A DNA stretch of 64,000 nucleotides from Eledone cirrhosa (GCA_964016885.1 OZ024763.1:14880001-14944000), one strand, 5' to 3'. Shown: positions 1-12,680, numbered from the stretch's first letter. Numbers and translations: made by a program. Notes: generated from the sequence alone by a model not told the origin.

Positions 1-780
1 GTAATAAACCCTCAGCTTTGCAGTCCCCTGAGGTTGCTATGAAACAACATAATGTACCTGTTATCCCCTGTAAAACCCTCAGCTCTGTGGACCCTGTGAG
101 AAATAAAGAAGCTGCTATGAAATCCCACAAGATATTTGTAACCCCACTCCTCCGGTTCCTTAGTCCCTTTAGAAAGGAATACCATACAGTACGTGTAGCC
201 CTCTGCAAACCCTTTTCTCTGCCCCACTGCCAGTCCTGCAGTCGCCATGAGAAATATATACCATGTAGGACCTGTAACCTTTTGTAACCAGTCAGTCCCT
301 GTGAGGAATAAATCACCATGTAGCACATGTAGCCCTCTTTAACGCACGCGGCCAGCCCTTCAGTCACTGTGAGAAATATACACCATGATGTACCTCTAGC
401 CTTTTATAACCTGCCTTTCCTTCAACCAGCTCTCCAGTCCTTCTGAGAAAAACACCATGATATACCTGTCGCCTTCGGTAAACCCACTTCCTCTTTCCCA
501 ACAGCCAGCCTTACAGTTCCTGTGAGAAATATACACATTATGATGTACCTGTAGCGTTCTGTAAACGCTTTTTCCCTCTTCCCCCATGGCCAGCCCTTCA
601 GTCACTGTGAGAAATATCCCATTATGATGCACCTGTAGCCTTCTATAATGCCCCTCCTCTCTCCCCTCCACAGCCTTGCAGTTCCTGTGAGACATATACA
701 CACTATGGTGTACCTGTGGCCTTCTGTAATCAGAGGGCTACAGGTACATCATAATATATATATTTCTCACAGTACTGCAG
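1..780. repeat. Diverged ~75-80 bp tandem repeat with an inverted terminal unit
   Basis: Recurrent cagtc(c/a)ctgtgagaaatatacacc..gatgtacctgtagcc; inverted copy at ~733-780. Confidence 0.75.
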
Positions 781-907
781 AGCGAGCTGTGGAGGGAATT
801 CTAAGTGTGGCTGCACCATAGCTTATATACATCTGGAGAGTGGCTGACAAAGGCCTTACTGAGTGATACCAAGACACCCTCGGTCTTCTTGACAATTTTA
901 GACATAC

Positions 908-1027
908 CTGTAAGTCTTTGAGATCCTTTTCAAGTCGCATCCGTTCAGCAGTTTCTTGTTCCAGCATTTCAGATGCATGACTGGTGGTTGTTGCTTCCTC
1001 TGCGAGGTCAGCATTTAGTTCAGAAAG
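908..1027 (-). CDS. MYO18A: Myosin XVIII exon: coiled coil (LSELNADLAEEATTTSHASEMLEQETAERMRLEKDLKDLQ)
   Basis: ttacAG acceptor at 1028-1029, GTATGT donor at 907; 120 nt, phase 0/0. Parallels MYO18A ISELTSEL...[23 protein letters not shown]. Confidence 0.9.
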
Positions 1028-1105
1028 CTGTAATATTTATAACAATATCAAACAGTTTTAGTACATATAATATATTCTTTATCATCATAGGAAAACTATA
1101 TAAGA

Positions 1106-1768
1106 TTAACCCTTTAATGTTCAAACCGGCCAAAACCAGCCAGAGTTCTCTACCTTTTTCTGTTGAAACTGGCTGTAACTGGTCGCTCAAACTGATGTTA
1201 ACTCTTTAGCATTCACATTACTCTATATATACTATTATATTTTCATGGTAAAGGCTTTATCTCGCATAATTATCTCGCATAATATCGAATCTATGAGATT
1301 TTGAAAGTATTTATTTTGAGAACAATACCGTAACATCAGTTTGAGTGACCAGTTACAGCCAGTTTCAACAGAAAGAGGTAGAGAATTCTGGCCGGTTTTG
1401 GCCGGTTTGAACATTAAAGGGTATTGTTGTCAAAATAAATACTCTCAAAATCTCATAGATTTGATATTATGTGAGATAAAGCCTTTACCATGAAAATACA
1501 ATAGTATATATAGAGTAATGTGAATGCTAAAGGGTTAAACTGGCCATATCCAGCCAGAATTTTCTCGCCTCTTTCTGTTCAAACCGGCCATATCTGGCCA
1601 CTAATACGGTATTGTTCTTAAAATACCGGCCGTATTTGGCCACTAATAAGGTATTGTTCTTAAAATAAATAATATCAAAATCTCATAGATTCGATATTAT
1701 GTGAGATAAAGCGTTTACCGTGAAAATGCAATAGTATATATAGAGTAATGTAAATGCTAAAGGGTTAA
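1106..1768. mobile_element. Nested non-autonomous piggyBac-like MITE pieces
   Basis: TTAA-CCCTTTA... and ...CTAAAGGG-TTAA termini (1106, ~1538, ~1768); the same internal sequence recurs at 40848, 57225 and 59284. Confidence 0.6.
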
Positions 1769-2077
1769 ATAAAAGCACATACATACAATTAATTAATTAT
1801 TGCTAGGAACCTTAAATATAACACACAAAAATAAATAATCAAAGGGAGAGGAAAAAACATGAATTCAACACTAAGGGTAATGGAAAATTTTAGGGCAAGC
1901 TAACACAGTGGCAGTATTACTGTGATTGATGGCGAGGTTAAGGTGCTAAAACACTATTGCTTCATATAAACAGTATAATATTGATCAAATGATTAATAAT
2001 AATAAAGACATCACCTTCTAAATTACAACAACAACACTTTGTACCATAATATCAACATCTTGTATCATAGCATCTTC

Positions 2078-2353
2078 ACATTTTTCACATTTAGAGTTGC
2101 TGAAGCATGGAACAAACTGCCTGCGTCAGTTGCTAGCAGCCGAGACACTGCATCCTTTAAAACCCTCATGCTTCCAGAAATTCGCCAAAACTACACCTGA
2201 TGTACCCCTTCCATACACATGCACACATGTATATCATGACTCATGCACTGTTCATTTTCCTGACGTTTGTACATTACCCTATGTACTATACATACACTTT
2301 TTGATGAGTTGTAGTGCACCTGAGCACTGTACACAATATTTTCATTATTATTA
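2078..2353 (+). mobile_element. CR1-type LINE 3' fragment
   Basis: Matches the 3' end of the 39095-40108 element (agagttgctgaagcatggaacaaact...gagttgtagtgcacctgagcactgtac, ATT tail). Confidence 0.8.
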
Positions 2354-2419
2354 ACAACACCTTGTATCATAACATATGCATATGTGTATATATGCTTGGA
2401 TATACAAATCTCTCTCTAC

Positions 2420-4230
2420 ATGTTGGTGACACGAAAAAAGTAAACATTCAGTTCACCATGGAAGGTGGTCAGCTGGTGATATGACAAAAAATACCGAGTC
2501 CACTCAGTAATATGGTCATGCTGGTGACATGACAAAAAGTGGTCAGTCCACTCTGTAATGTGGTCATGCTGGTGACATGACAAAAAGTGGTCAGTCCACT
2601 CTGTAATGTGGTCATGCTGGTGACATGACAAAAAGTGATCAGTCCACTCTGTAATGTGGTCATACTGGTGACATGACAAAAAGTGGTCAGTCCACTCTGT
2701 AATATGGCCATACTGGTGACACGACAAAAAGTGGTCAGTCCACTCTGTAATATGGTCATACTGGTGACATGACAAAAAGTGGTCAGTCCACTCTGTAATA
2801 TGGTCATGCTGGTGACATGACAAAAAGTGGTCAGTCCACTCTGTAATATGGTCATGCTGGTGACACGACAAAAAGTGGTCAGTCCACTCTGTAATATGGT
2901 CATGCTGGTGACATGACAAAAAGTGGTCAGTCCACTCTGTAATATGGTCATGCTGGTGACATGACAAAAAGTGGTCAGTCCACTCCGTAATATGGTCATA
3001 CTGGTGACATGACAAAAAGTGGTCAGTCCACTCCGTAATATGGTCATACTGGTGACATGACAAAAAGTGGTCAGTCCACTCCGTAATATGGTCATACTGG
3101 TGACATGACAAAAAGTGGTCAGTCCACTCTGTAATATGGTCATGCTGGTGACATGACAAAAAGTGGTCAGTCCACTCTGTAATATGGTCATACTGGTGAC
3201 ACGACAAAAAGTGGTCAGTCCACTCTGTAATATGGACATACTGGTGACACGACAAAAAGTGGTCAGTCCACTCTGTAATATGGTCATACTGGTGACACGA
3301 CAAAAAGTGGTCAGTCCACTCTGTAATATGGTCATACTGGTGACATGACAAAAAGTGGTCAGTCCACTCTGTAATGTGGTCATGCTGGTGACATGACAAA
3401 AAGTGGTCAGTCCACTCTGTAATATGGTCATACTGGTGACACGACAAAAAGTGGTCAGTCCACTCTGTAATATGGTCATACTGGTGACACGACAAAAGTG
3501 GTCAGTCCACTCTGTAATATGGTCATACTGGTGACACGACAAAAAGTGGTCAGTCCACTCTGTAATGTGGTCATGCTGGTGACATGACAAAAAGTGGTCA
3601 GTCCACTCTGTAATATGATCATACTGGTGACACGACAAAAAGTGGTCAGTCCACTCTGTAATATGGTCATGCTGGTGACATGACAAAAAGTGGTCAGTCC
3701 ACTCTGTAATATGGTCATACTGGTGACACGACAAAAAGTGGTCAGTCCACTCTGTAATATGGTCATACTGGTGACACGACAAAAAGTGGTCAGTCCACTC
3801 TGTAATATGGTCATGCTGGTGACATGACAAAAAGTGGTCAGTCCACTCTGTAATATGGTCATACTGGAGACATGACAAAAAGTGGTCAGTCCACTCTGTA
3901 ATATGGTCATACTGGTGACACGACAAAAAGTGGTCAGTCCACTCTGTAATATGGTCATGCTGGTGACATGACAAAAAGTGGTCAGTCCACTCTGTAATAT
4001 GGTCATACTGGTGACACGACAAAAAGTGGTCAGTCCACTCTGTAATGTGGTCATACTGGTGACATGACAAAAAGCACCCAATCCACCCTGTAAGGTGGTC
4101 ATGCAGGTGACATGTCAAAAAACACCTAGTCCACCCTGTAATGTGCTTGTGCTGGTGACACTACAAAGTGTCCAATCCATCTTGTAATGTGGTGATTTTG
4201 GCGCCACAATAAAAAGCACCTAGTCAACAC
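2420..4230 (+). repeat. 48-bp minisatellite (~33 near-identical units plus degenerate flanks) grown from a SINE internal subrepeat
   Basis: Unit gtggtcagtccactctgtaatatggtcatactggtgacatgacaaaaa; 16-aa periodic ORFs; runs directly into a SINE tail at 4231. Confidence 0.92.
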
Positions 4231-4402
4231 TGTAATGTGGTTGGTGTTAGGAAGGGCATCCAGCCATAGAAACCAAGCTTAAATACAGATCCGCATGAGC
4301 AAGACATGGTTTCCAGACCTCACTTGTCTCATAACACAACGAGACATCGAATCCCTGCAAGGATGGAAAATGAACGTAAAACAACGATGATGATGATGAT
4401 GA
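4231..4402 (+). mobile_element. SINE family B 3' part (RTE-like tail)
   Basis: gtggttggtgttaggaagggcatccagc...gaacgtaaaac(GAT)n. Confidence 0.75.
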
Positions 4403-4432
4403 TATAAATATATATGGATATATATATGTATG

Positions 4433-4500
<68 letters not shown>

Positions 4501-4510
4501 TACAACTTAC

Positions 4511-4600
4511 TCTGGAGTCAAGTTTATCACAACATAATTTGTATTCGTTCTTTTCTCGTTCAATTTTCTCAAACTTCACCGTCAGTTGTTCTAATTCAGC
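4511..4600 (-). CDS. MYO18A: Myosin XVIII exon: start of coiled coil (AELEQLTVKFEKIEREKNEYKLCCDKLDSR)
   Basis: ttgcAG acceptor at 4601-4602, GTAAGT donor at 4510; 90 nt, phase 0/0. Parallels MYO18A [21 protein letters not shown]. Confidence 0.9.
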
Positions 4601-4704
4601 CTGCAACATAAAGACCTTGTGTTAGATACTTATATATACAATGTGGGGTTGGTTGTATGTGTGTGTGTGTGCGTGCGCGTGCGTGTGTACATGTATATAT
4701 ATAC

Positions 4705-4743
<39 letters not shown>

Positions 4744-4891
4744 TTACAAATAAAATAACAGGAGGCTGGACTGGTGTAAATCCTTGAAAAGTTTTACACA
4801 AACAAAGACAGGTGAACTGCACTATGTTGAGTACTCTCCATATTACATCAAGAATGACCAATTCTATGCAGTGGTGAACCAACAAACCTAA

Positions 4892-4926
<35 letters not shown>

Positions 4927-4929
<3 letters not shown>

Positions 4930-5272
4930 TCATCATTTCATCATTTCATTTTACATCCGCTTTTTCCCTGCTTGCAAGGGTGGGATGGGAACTGATGCTG
5001 GCTTGATTTCTACAGCTGGATGCCCTTCCTAACACCAACCTCATTTACAGTGAGTGCTGGGTGCTTTTTTGCCGTGGCACCTCCACGACCACTTTACAGT
5101 GGAATGATAGGGACACCAGTCCCTATCATCTCATTTCTACAGCTGAGTAAACTGGAGCAATGTGAAATAAAGTGCCTTGCTCAAGGAAACAACACATCAC
5201 CCGGTCTGAGAATTGAACTCACAACCTTTCGATTGCAAGGCCAATGCTCTAACCACTAAGCCATGTGCCTCC
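4927..5272 (-). mobile_element. Full-length tRNA-derived SINE family B (CORE-like centre, RTE-like tail)
   Basis: A box TGGCTTAGTGG, B box GAGTTCAATTC, ccttgagcaaggcacttta CORE-like motif; 3' cccacccttgcaagcaggga..gcggatgtaaaatga(TGA)n shared with the RTE at 49497-50062. Confidence 0.8.
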
Positions 5273-5310
5273 ATATATATATATATAATATATATATATA
5301 TATAATATAT

Positions 5311-5485
<175 letters not shown>

Positions 5486-5589
5486 CAGGGAGAGTAACAT
5501 GAAGTTACTGTAGGTTCACCCGGGTGAGCACTCGATGTCTAGGTTCACGTCAGTGACGAGGTGTAGAGCTAGACAGAGTAACATAAAAT

Positions 5590-5777
5590 AATTGTTTCTC
5601 CTTTAGGCACAAGGCCAGCAATAACCCAGTGCATTACTGGTACTTTATTTTATCGACCCCGTAAGGATGAAAGGCAAAGTCAACCTTGGCTGGATGTGAA
5701 CTCAGATCGTAAAGGGACGTAACTATGCTGGAAAGCAAGGCGTCCGACCCTCTACCGATACTGCCAATCCACCGCCT
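5590..5777 (-). mobile_element. tRNA-derived SINE family A with target-site duplication
   Basis: ggcggtgga ttggcagtatcgg A box, gagttca B box, gcctttcatccttacggggtcgataaaataaagtaccag core; flanked by gagtaacataaaa direct repeats. Confidence 0.85.
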
Positions 5778-5939
5778 TGAGTAACATAAAATAATACAAG
5801 GACGATTTGTTAAGCCTTCATAAAGTTTATTGATTTAGCCAAATACAGATCGAACCTTGAGCTGATCAATAGCGAAACGCGCTCCACCAATCAACAAACT
5901 TTATGAAAGCTTAACCAATCTTCCTTTTATATTATTAAA

Positions 5940-6126
5940 GGGCGGTGAATTGGCAGTATCGATAGAGGGTCGGATGCCTTGCTTTGACGCATAGAGTTAC
6001 GGCCCTTGCCATTCTGAGTTCAAATCCCGCCGAGGTTAACTTTGCCTTTCATCCTTACGGGGTCGATAAAATAAAGTACCAGTAATGTACTGGGTAATTG
6101 CTGGCCTTGTGCCTAAAGTAGAAACA

Positions 6127-6150
<24 letters not shown>
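5940..6150 (+). mobile_element. SINE family A
   Basis: Full copy with GAGTTCAAATCC B box and (ATT)n tail, inverted relative to the 5590 copy. Confidence 0.85.
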
Positions 6151-6157
<7 letters not shown>

Positions 6158-6284
6158 GGGCGGTGAATTGGTAGTATCGGTAATCAGTGATATAATCAGT
6201 GATATCATTTTTGGAGAAAAACTCTGCATTTCAATATTACTCAATGTAAAATGTAATGCATGAAAAATTGGAAAACATTTTTTT

Positions 6285-6880
6285 GTAAAATTACATTATT
6301 AAATCTTATTCTTATTTTGTTTCTTGTAAATAATTTTTTTTAAAATATCATTATTAAATCTTATTCTTATTTTGTTTCTTGTAAATAATTTTTTTCAAAA
6401 TATCATTATTCAATCTTATTCTTATTTTGTTTCTTGTAAATAATTTTTTTCAAAATATCATTATTAAATCTTATTCTTATTTTGTTTCTTGTAAATAATT
6501 TTTTTCAAAATATCATTATTCAATCTTATTCTTATTTTGTTTCTTGTAAATAATTTTTTTCAAAATATCATTATTCAATCTTATTCTTATTTTGTTTCTT
6601 GTAAATAATTTTTTTCAAAATATCATTATTCAATCTTATTCTTATTTTGTTTCTTGTAAATAATTTTTTTCAAAATATCATTATTAAATCTTATTCTTAT
6701 TTTGTTTCTTGTAAATAATTTTTTTCAAAATATCATTATTCAATCTTATTCTTATTTTGTTTCTTGTAAATAATTTTTTTCAAAATATCATTATTAAATC
6801 TTATTCTTATTTTGTTTCTTGTAAATAATTTTTTTCAAAATATCATTATTCAATCTTATTCTTATTTTGTTTCTTGTGAA
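6285..6880. repeat. 55-bp AT-rich tandem repeat (~10.5 copies)
   Basis: Unit aatcttattcttattttgtttcttgtaaataatttttttcaaaatatcattatt(a/c). Confidence 0.92.
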
Positions 6881-6889
6881 TAGGCATCA

Positions 6890-7095
6890 TATCTTGTCAT
6901 TTACCTATGGTTTAAATCTCATATAAATCGAAGGGAAAACATTTTCAGCGGGGAACCCTTTGATTAAAATGAAATATACGTAAGAAATCAAATGGGCATG
7001 AGCCCCACACACGTGTCAAGTTTCATTAAGATTGGCCTGGTAGTTTTTAAGTTTTAGGTTCACAAACAGACAGAAATTGCCATTTATGTATATAT
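6890..7095 (+). mobile_element. Possible Helentron-associated (HINE/DINE-1-like) 3' end
   Basis: gtgtcaagtttcattaagattggcctggtagtttttaag...aaacagacaga...tatata resembles HINE termini; adjacent to a tandem array. Confidence 0.4.
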
Positions 7096-7371
7096 ATATA
7101 TATATATAAGAAGATTATTATATTCTATATCGTACTGTAATTCTCGCATTATATTACCATTTGTGTTTCAAATTTTTGCATTATATAATATTTGCAATGT
7201 GGGTTCAACATGTTAATCACTTCCTTGCTATTTGGTCCATATCTATGTTTGTAACTGATCACTCTTAATCTTAGCCAACTTTTCCTTAATATCTTTCCTA
7301 AGCTTTAATAGATGTATACTCCATATTCTTCTGAGTTTTTGGCTTGTATTGGCCGATAGTGCTTCTTGTAG

Positions 7372-7426
7372 CTTTACTTGCCCTGATGAGTCCTTAATAG
7401 GACGAAACATTGTTGGCTAATAAAGA
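7372..7426 (+). ncRNA. Type I hammerhead ribozyme motif
   Basis: ctttacttgcc-CTGATGA-GTCC ttaata GGAC-GAA-AC att GT-T-ggctaataaag; stem I GCC/GGC plus CTTTA/TAAAG; overlaps AATAAA. Confidence 0.75.
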
Positions 7427-7482
7427 CTTTTGATGTATTGAAGGCTTCCTTGGTTTATTTTTTTATAATTTTTTTATAATAA

Positions 7483-7606
<124 letters not shown>

Positions 7607-7660
7607 GGAGAGGGGGGAGAAGGAGAGTCCAATAAATGGGATAATGAAGATATAACCAAC

Positions 7661-7804
7661 CTCCTTGTTTTTCAGTTCTTCCTCAGTTTTGTGGACATTA
7701 AGTAAAGGTTTTACTTTGACGTAGAGTCTCCACCATGGCCAGTCCCGGATTAACATAAACTTTCTTACATTCTTCTGGATACAACTAATGGCAGTCTGTT
7801 GTAA
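7661..7804 (-). CDS. MYO18A: Myosin XVIII exon: second IQ-like segment and WPWW hook ([48 protein letters not shown])
   Basis: ttccAG acceptor at 7805-7806, GTTGGT donor at 7660; 144 nt, phase 0/0. DWPWW..VKPL head-rod junction; continues in frame from the 56282 exon. Confidence 0.93.
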
Positions 7805-8094
7805 CTGGAACACAATAAAGACATGGGTATATATTATTATCATGGGTATATATTATTATCACGGGTATATATATATACACACACACACATATATATATAT
7901 ACACACACACATATATATATATACACACACACACACACATATATTGACATACCCTTAAAGAATGCGACCATTTCTGTTGGAAGCTCCCGGATAGTATATA
8001 TATATATATATATGTGTGTGTGAGTGTGTGTATACACACACTCACACACACACACTTTCCATTTGTTAATATATCGTATATATATCTATCTATT

Positions 8095-8171
<77 letters not shown>

Positions 8172-8317
8172 GCGCATATATATATATATATACACACACA
8201 TATATACACATATATACACATATATACACACACACATATATATATACACACACACACACACATATATATATACACACACATATATACATATACACACACA
8301 CATATACACACACACAC

Positions 8318-8351
<34 letters not shown>

Positions 8352-8396
8352 TAAAATATAAATATTAATAAAATAGATGTTCTTTTGATCAATTAC

Positions 8397-8449
8397 ATTT
8401 TATTATACATATTTCGGATGTACAACAGTACGTCCTCATCAGACAAAAT
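8397..8449 (-). ncRNA. Type I hammerhead ribozyme motif
   Basis: Minus strand ATTTTGT-CTGATGA-GGA c GTAC tgtt GTAC a TCC-GAA-ATA tg TAT-A-ATAAAAT; 7-bp stem I, AUA site. Confidence 0.72.
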
Positions 8450-10548
8450 ATAATGATATATAACATACCCTGAGATGTTAAATGGTTAAGATTTAATCAA
8501 GGTAGTGATTAACCCAAGAGAAAATTTAACATATATACACCCTAATTATGAGAAAATGCGAAAACGTAATAAAGTCATTAGAGAATGTGTGAGTAAGAAA
8601 AACGTTGCTTACTGTAACTGTTCTATAGATTTTAAAATGTATGATACTACGATATATCTAGGAAAGCGTCTCATGAATCATAACAGCCAGTGATAGCCAC
8701 TGGAGAAGGATTTATAAAGAGGGAAAGATAAAGGGTGGGGGATATATGCAGAAGGAGATTTTTTCCGAAAGTTAAACGGTTAAATTTGAAAATATTTAAT
8801 TTATAATATTAGGGTGAAGACTCCAGATTTCAGGATTATTTGCTGGTTATTTATATATTATTTTTATAAATTCGATAAGTGTGTTATCATTTCTAATCTT
8901 CTGAATTTTGTGATGGTAACATTTAAAGGATTTAGCTGGCACATAAAGAATGAAATATTATACTGTTGATTATTTACCCAAATTTAGACTTTAACAAAGA
9001 TACCAACATATTAGGTATGTAAAGCTTTTGAAGTACTTATTGTTATAAATATTTAAATAACGATTATGTATATAGGTATATATTAATGAGCCAGTATATT
9101 TTAGGTAAATAATAACAATGAAGATAAAAATAAAATAAGATAATAGATTGAGGCATGTTAAGGTTAAATATACACTTATGTATAACTGGGTGTAAATGTA
9201 TTAATTATTCTTTAACCAAGATATCAAAATATTAGGTATGTAAAGCTTCTGAAGTATTTATTGTTAGAAATATTTAAATAACGATTATGCATATAGATAC
9301 ATATTATTAATCCAGTATATTTTAGGTAAATGATAACGAAAATAAAAATAAATTGAGGCATGTTACAGCTAAATAAACACCTATATATAACGGGGTGTAA
9401 ATGCATTATTTATTCTTAGTTCAGAGTGAACGTAATCAAGAAATTTAGAAGTTAAGTAGAAATTGTGTATAGGAAGATATAAGGAGGTATATATATATAG
9501 ATATATATTATGTATTAATGGTGTAGTATACTTTAGGTAAATGATAACAGTTATAATTTTATAAAGTAGAGTTCAACATGTTACATTTAAATACATATAT
9601 ATATAAGAAAAACAGTAATGAGTGCATGGATAATTCAGAGTTCAAAATAATGTCTATAATAATTTTTAGTTTGGATATTTTCTCTATATTTGAATCATAT
9701 ATATAGAAATGTGGTAGGTGTATTTAAAAATATTTAAAAATATATAAAATATAATATATAACTACATACATATTATAATACATTATATTATAAATAAGAG
9801 ATCAAAAGTGCAGCAAAAATTCACATTTATATATAAGTTTGAATCTGTCTTAAATTTTAGATTTTAAAGTGCAGTAAATATATTTTTAAAAAAATATATA
9901 TATATACTATATTATATTATACTATAAATAAGAGATCAAAATGTATAATAAAATGTAATTGATCAAAAGAACATCTATTTTATTAATAGATGGTCTTTTG
10001 ATCAATTACATTTTATTATACATTTTGATCTCTTATTTATAGTATAATATAATATAGTATATATATATTATTATATATATATATTATTATATATATTATT
10101 ATATATATATTATTATATATATATATTATATATGTTATTATATCATGACTCGTACACTGTTAATTTTCCTGACATTTGTACATTATTCTATGTACTATAC
10201 ATGCACCTTTGATGAGTTGTAGTGCACCTGAGCACTGTACACAATAATTTCATTATTATTATTATATATATTTTTTTAAATATATTTACTGCACTTTAAA
10301 ATCTAAAATTTACAATCGTTTCTCTGGCAACCAGCTCGAGGCACGATCGATGCAGAGAAACGATTGTAATATGTCTAATATATCGTATTTGTCACACCAC
10401 TGATTCTCCGTTTCTTATGTGATATCATACTCTGCTCTGTAAGAGCATCGAGTGCTCAAACGGCCTACTGCTTACGGACGCTTTAAGCATCCCAGAACAA
10501 TTATATATATATATATATAGTTATGTAATAAACAACATAAGACAATTA

Positions 10549-10610
10549 TTTCATTTACCAGTGGTTTCTTAAAAGCAAAAAAAATTTTGCTTTCAATCAT
10601 CAGAATGAAA
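10549..10610 (-). ncRNA. Type I hammerhead ribozyme motif (left arm of palindrome)
   Basis: Reverse complement of the 10688-10749 copy. Confidence 0.75.
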
Positions 10611-10687
10611 AAATCCTGGTGTATTTATTGGCGTTGGATTTTAAAAATGGTTTTTAAAATCCAACGCCAATAAATACACCAGGATTT

Positions 10688-10749
10688 TTTCATTCTGATG
10701 ATTGAAAGCAAAATTTTTTTTGCTTTTAAGAAACCACTGGTAAATGAAA
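10688..10749 (+). ncRNA. Type I hammerhead ribozyme motif (right arm of palindrome)
   Basis: TTTCATT-CTGATGA-TTGAAAGCAAAA tttt TTTTGCTTTTAA-GAA-ACC act GGT-A-AATGAAA; all three stems pair, GUA site. Confidence 0.78.
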
Positions 10750-10842
10750 TAATTGCCTTATGTTGTTTATTACATAACTATTAAGCTCTGTTACATACAT
10801 AGAGCACTCTTTTTTCCTGGACTTTTCCGATGGAATTACTTC

Positions 10843-10880
<38 letters not shown>

Positions 10881-11102
10881 AAAAGTAGGACCCCGACGGC
10901 AGAGCTCAAGCCGTTTCGACGGCTATTTCTGGACTCAAGAAATAGCCGTCCAGAAATGAGTCCAGAAATAGCCGTCGAAACTACTTTTTCCTATTTCCCA
11001 CTCTACTACCCTAAGTTTTGAGTACTCTGGTGCGTTATGGTCCATCTGGCTCCTTACCACAATTCCTTTCTTGTATATATATATATATATATATATTTAT
11101 AT

Positions 11103-11256
11103 TAAATGTAATATGAGTTTTTCGAATATTAATAACATTCGATTCGTTTGCAATTATGCAAACAAGCCTCAATTTTATATAAAATTGAGGCTTGTTTGCA
11201 TAATTGTAAACAAATCGAATGTTATTATTAATATTCGAAAAACTCAGATTACATTT
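11103..11256. repeat. Near-perfect fold-back of a dispersed element
   Basis: Arms centred on aattttatataaaatt; single-arm relatives at 28530-28655 and 52800-53085. Confidence 0.8.
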
Positions 11257-11441
11257 ATTGTATTCTGCCATGTAGAATTCTTTTTTTTTGTTTTTTATTA
11301 TATATATATATAATATATATTTTGTTTTTTATTATATATATATATATATATATATAAATTAATAAAAACGATGAATAAAAACAAAGAACAGGTTCCTTAT
11401 ATTAAAAAATTCATCATTTTACGATCGTTTCTAGGATATAT

Positions 11442-11735
11442 ATGAAAAACTCAGAGCTGTATGGGAGCATCCCAAAAGTCAGCTCAAAAGTGACACAGAG
11501 GAGACTGAGGTTAGCTGGACATGCTCACCGACATCCAGAGTTGACATTGCACTCAGTGCTCCTTTGGGAGCCCCTACATGGACACACTAGAAGAGGAAGA
11601 CCAAGGTTAACGTATGTTGATGCCCTAAGGACAGACACTGGTCTGTTGGAGACGCAGGACATGGCAGCGATAATGAGGGACAGAGACCGCTGGAGAGAAC
11701 TCGTCCATGGATCTCGGGAATTTTACCCGCCTTAG
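11442..11735 (+). mobile_element. RTE/RTEX-type LINE 3' end
   Basis: RRLRLAGHAHR...LLWEP..G..RRGRPRLTYVD C-terminal ORF2 motif; reverse copy at 61118-61230. Confidence 0.8.
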
Positions 11736-11944
11736 ATAGAGATGTGTGTGTTGGTATGTATATCATATAGATCTATGTAAAAATATTACAAACTATCAGA
11801 GGAAATATAGTACCGTATATTTTGGTAGATTTATCTACATATATATTTATATATATATATTTATTATAAATATACAATGACACAGGTATATATATAGTGT
11901 GTGTGTGTGTGTTAACAGTAGCATATGTTAACCTGTACATATAC

Positions 11945-12680
11945 TAACACCACTGCCACCACCACCACTATCACTAACACCACTGCCACCACCACTAATA
12001 CTAACACCACTGCCACCACTGCCACCACTGCCACCACCACCACCACTAACACCACTGCCACCACCACTAATACTAACACCACTGCCACCACTGCCACCAC
12101 CACCACCACTATCACTAACACCATCACCACCACCACCACCACCACCACCACCACTAACACCATCACCACCACCACCACCACCACCACTATCACTAACACC
12201 ATCACCACCACCACCACCACCACCACTATCACTAACACCATCACCACCACCACCACCACCACCACTATCACTAACACCATCACCACCACCACCACCACCA
12301 CCACTAACACCACTGCCACCACCACCACCACCATAATTAAAGACATCTTAGTAACAAAACCTGTAATTTACCCAGCTTGACCTCTGGTGGTGACTTGGTG
12401 TAGTAGTAGTGGTGGTGGTGGTAGTAGTAGTAGTGGTAGTGGTGGTGGTGGTAGTAGTAGTACTAATAGTGCTGCTGGTGGTTAGTAGTAGTAGTAGCAG
12501 CAGCAGCAGCAGTGATGGTGGTGGTGATGGTGGTATTACTGGTGCTGTTGTTAGTGGTGGTAGTAGTGTTGGTGTCAGTGGTGGTGGTAGTAGTGTCAGT
12601 GGTGGTGGTAGTAGTGTCAGTGGTGGTGGTAGTAGTGGTAGTAGTGGTGGTGTCAGTGGTGGTGGTAGTAGTGGTGGTAC
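11945..12680. repeat. (CCA)n then (GGT/AGT)n compound trinucleotide repeats
   Basis: Direct reading. Confidence 0.9.

Noticed and set aside
2416-4118. CRISPR-like array, or long periodic ORFs
   Set aside because: Units are contiguous with no unique spacers and no cas genes; the context is a eukaryotic intron and the ORFs reflect the 48-bp period.
5190-5272. tRNA genes (A/B boxes here and in other copies)
   Set aside because: These are SINE heads continuing into SINE bodies.
5850-5890. Hammerhead at gctgatcaatagcgaaacgcg
   Set aside because: No intact CUGANGA with a pairable stem I, and no proper cleavage triplet.
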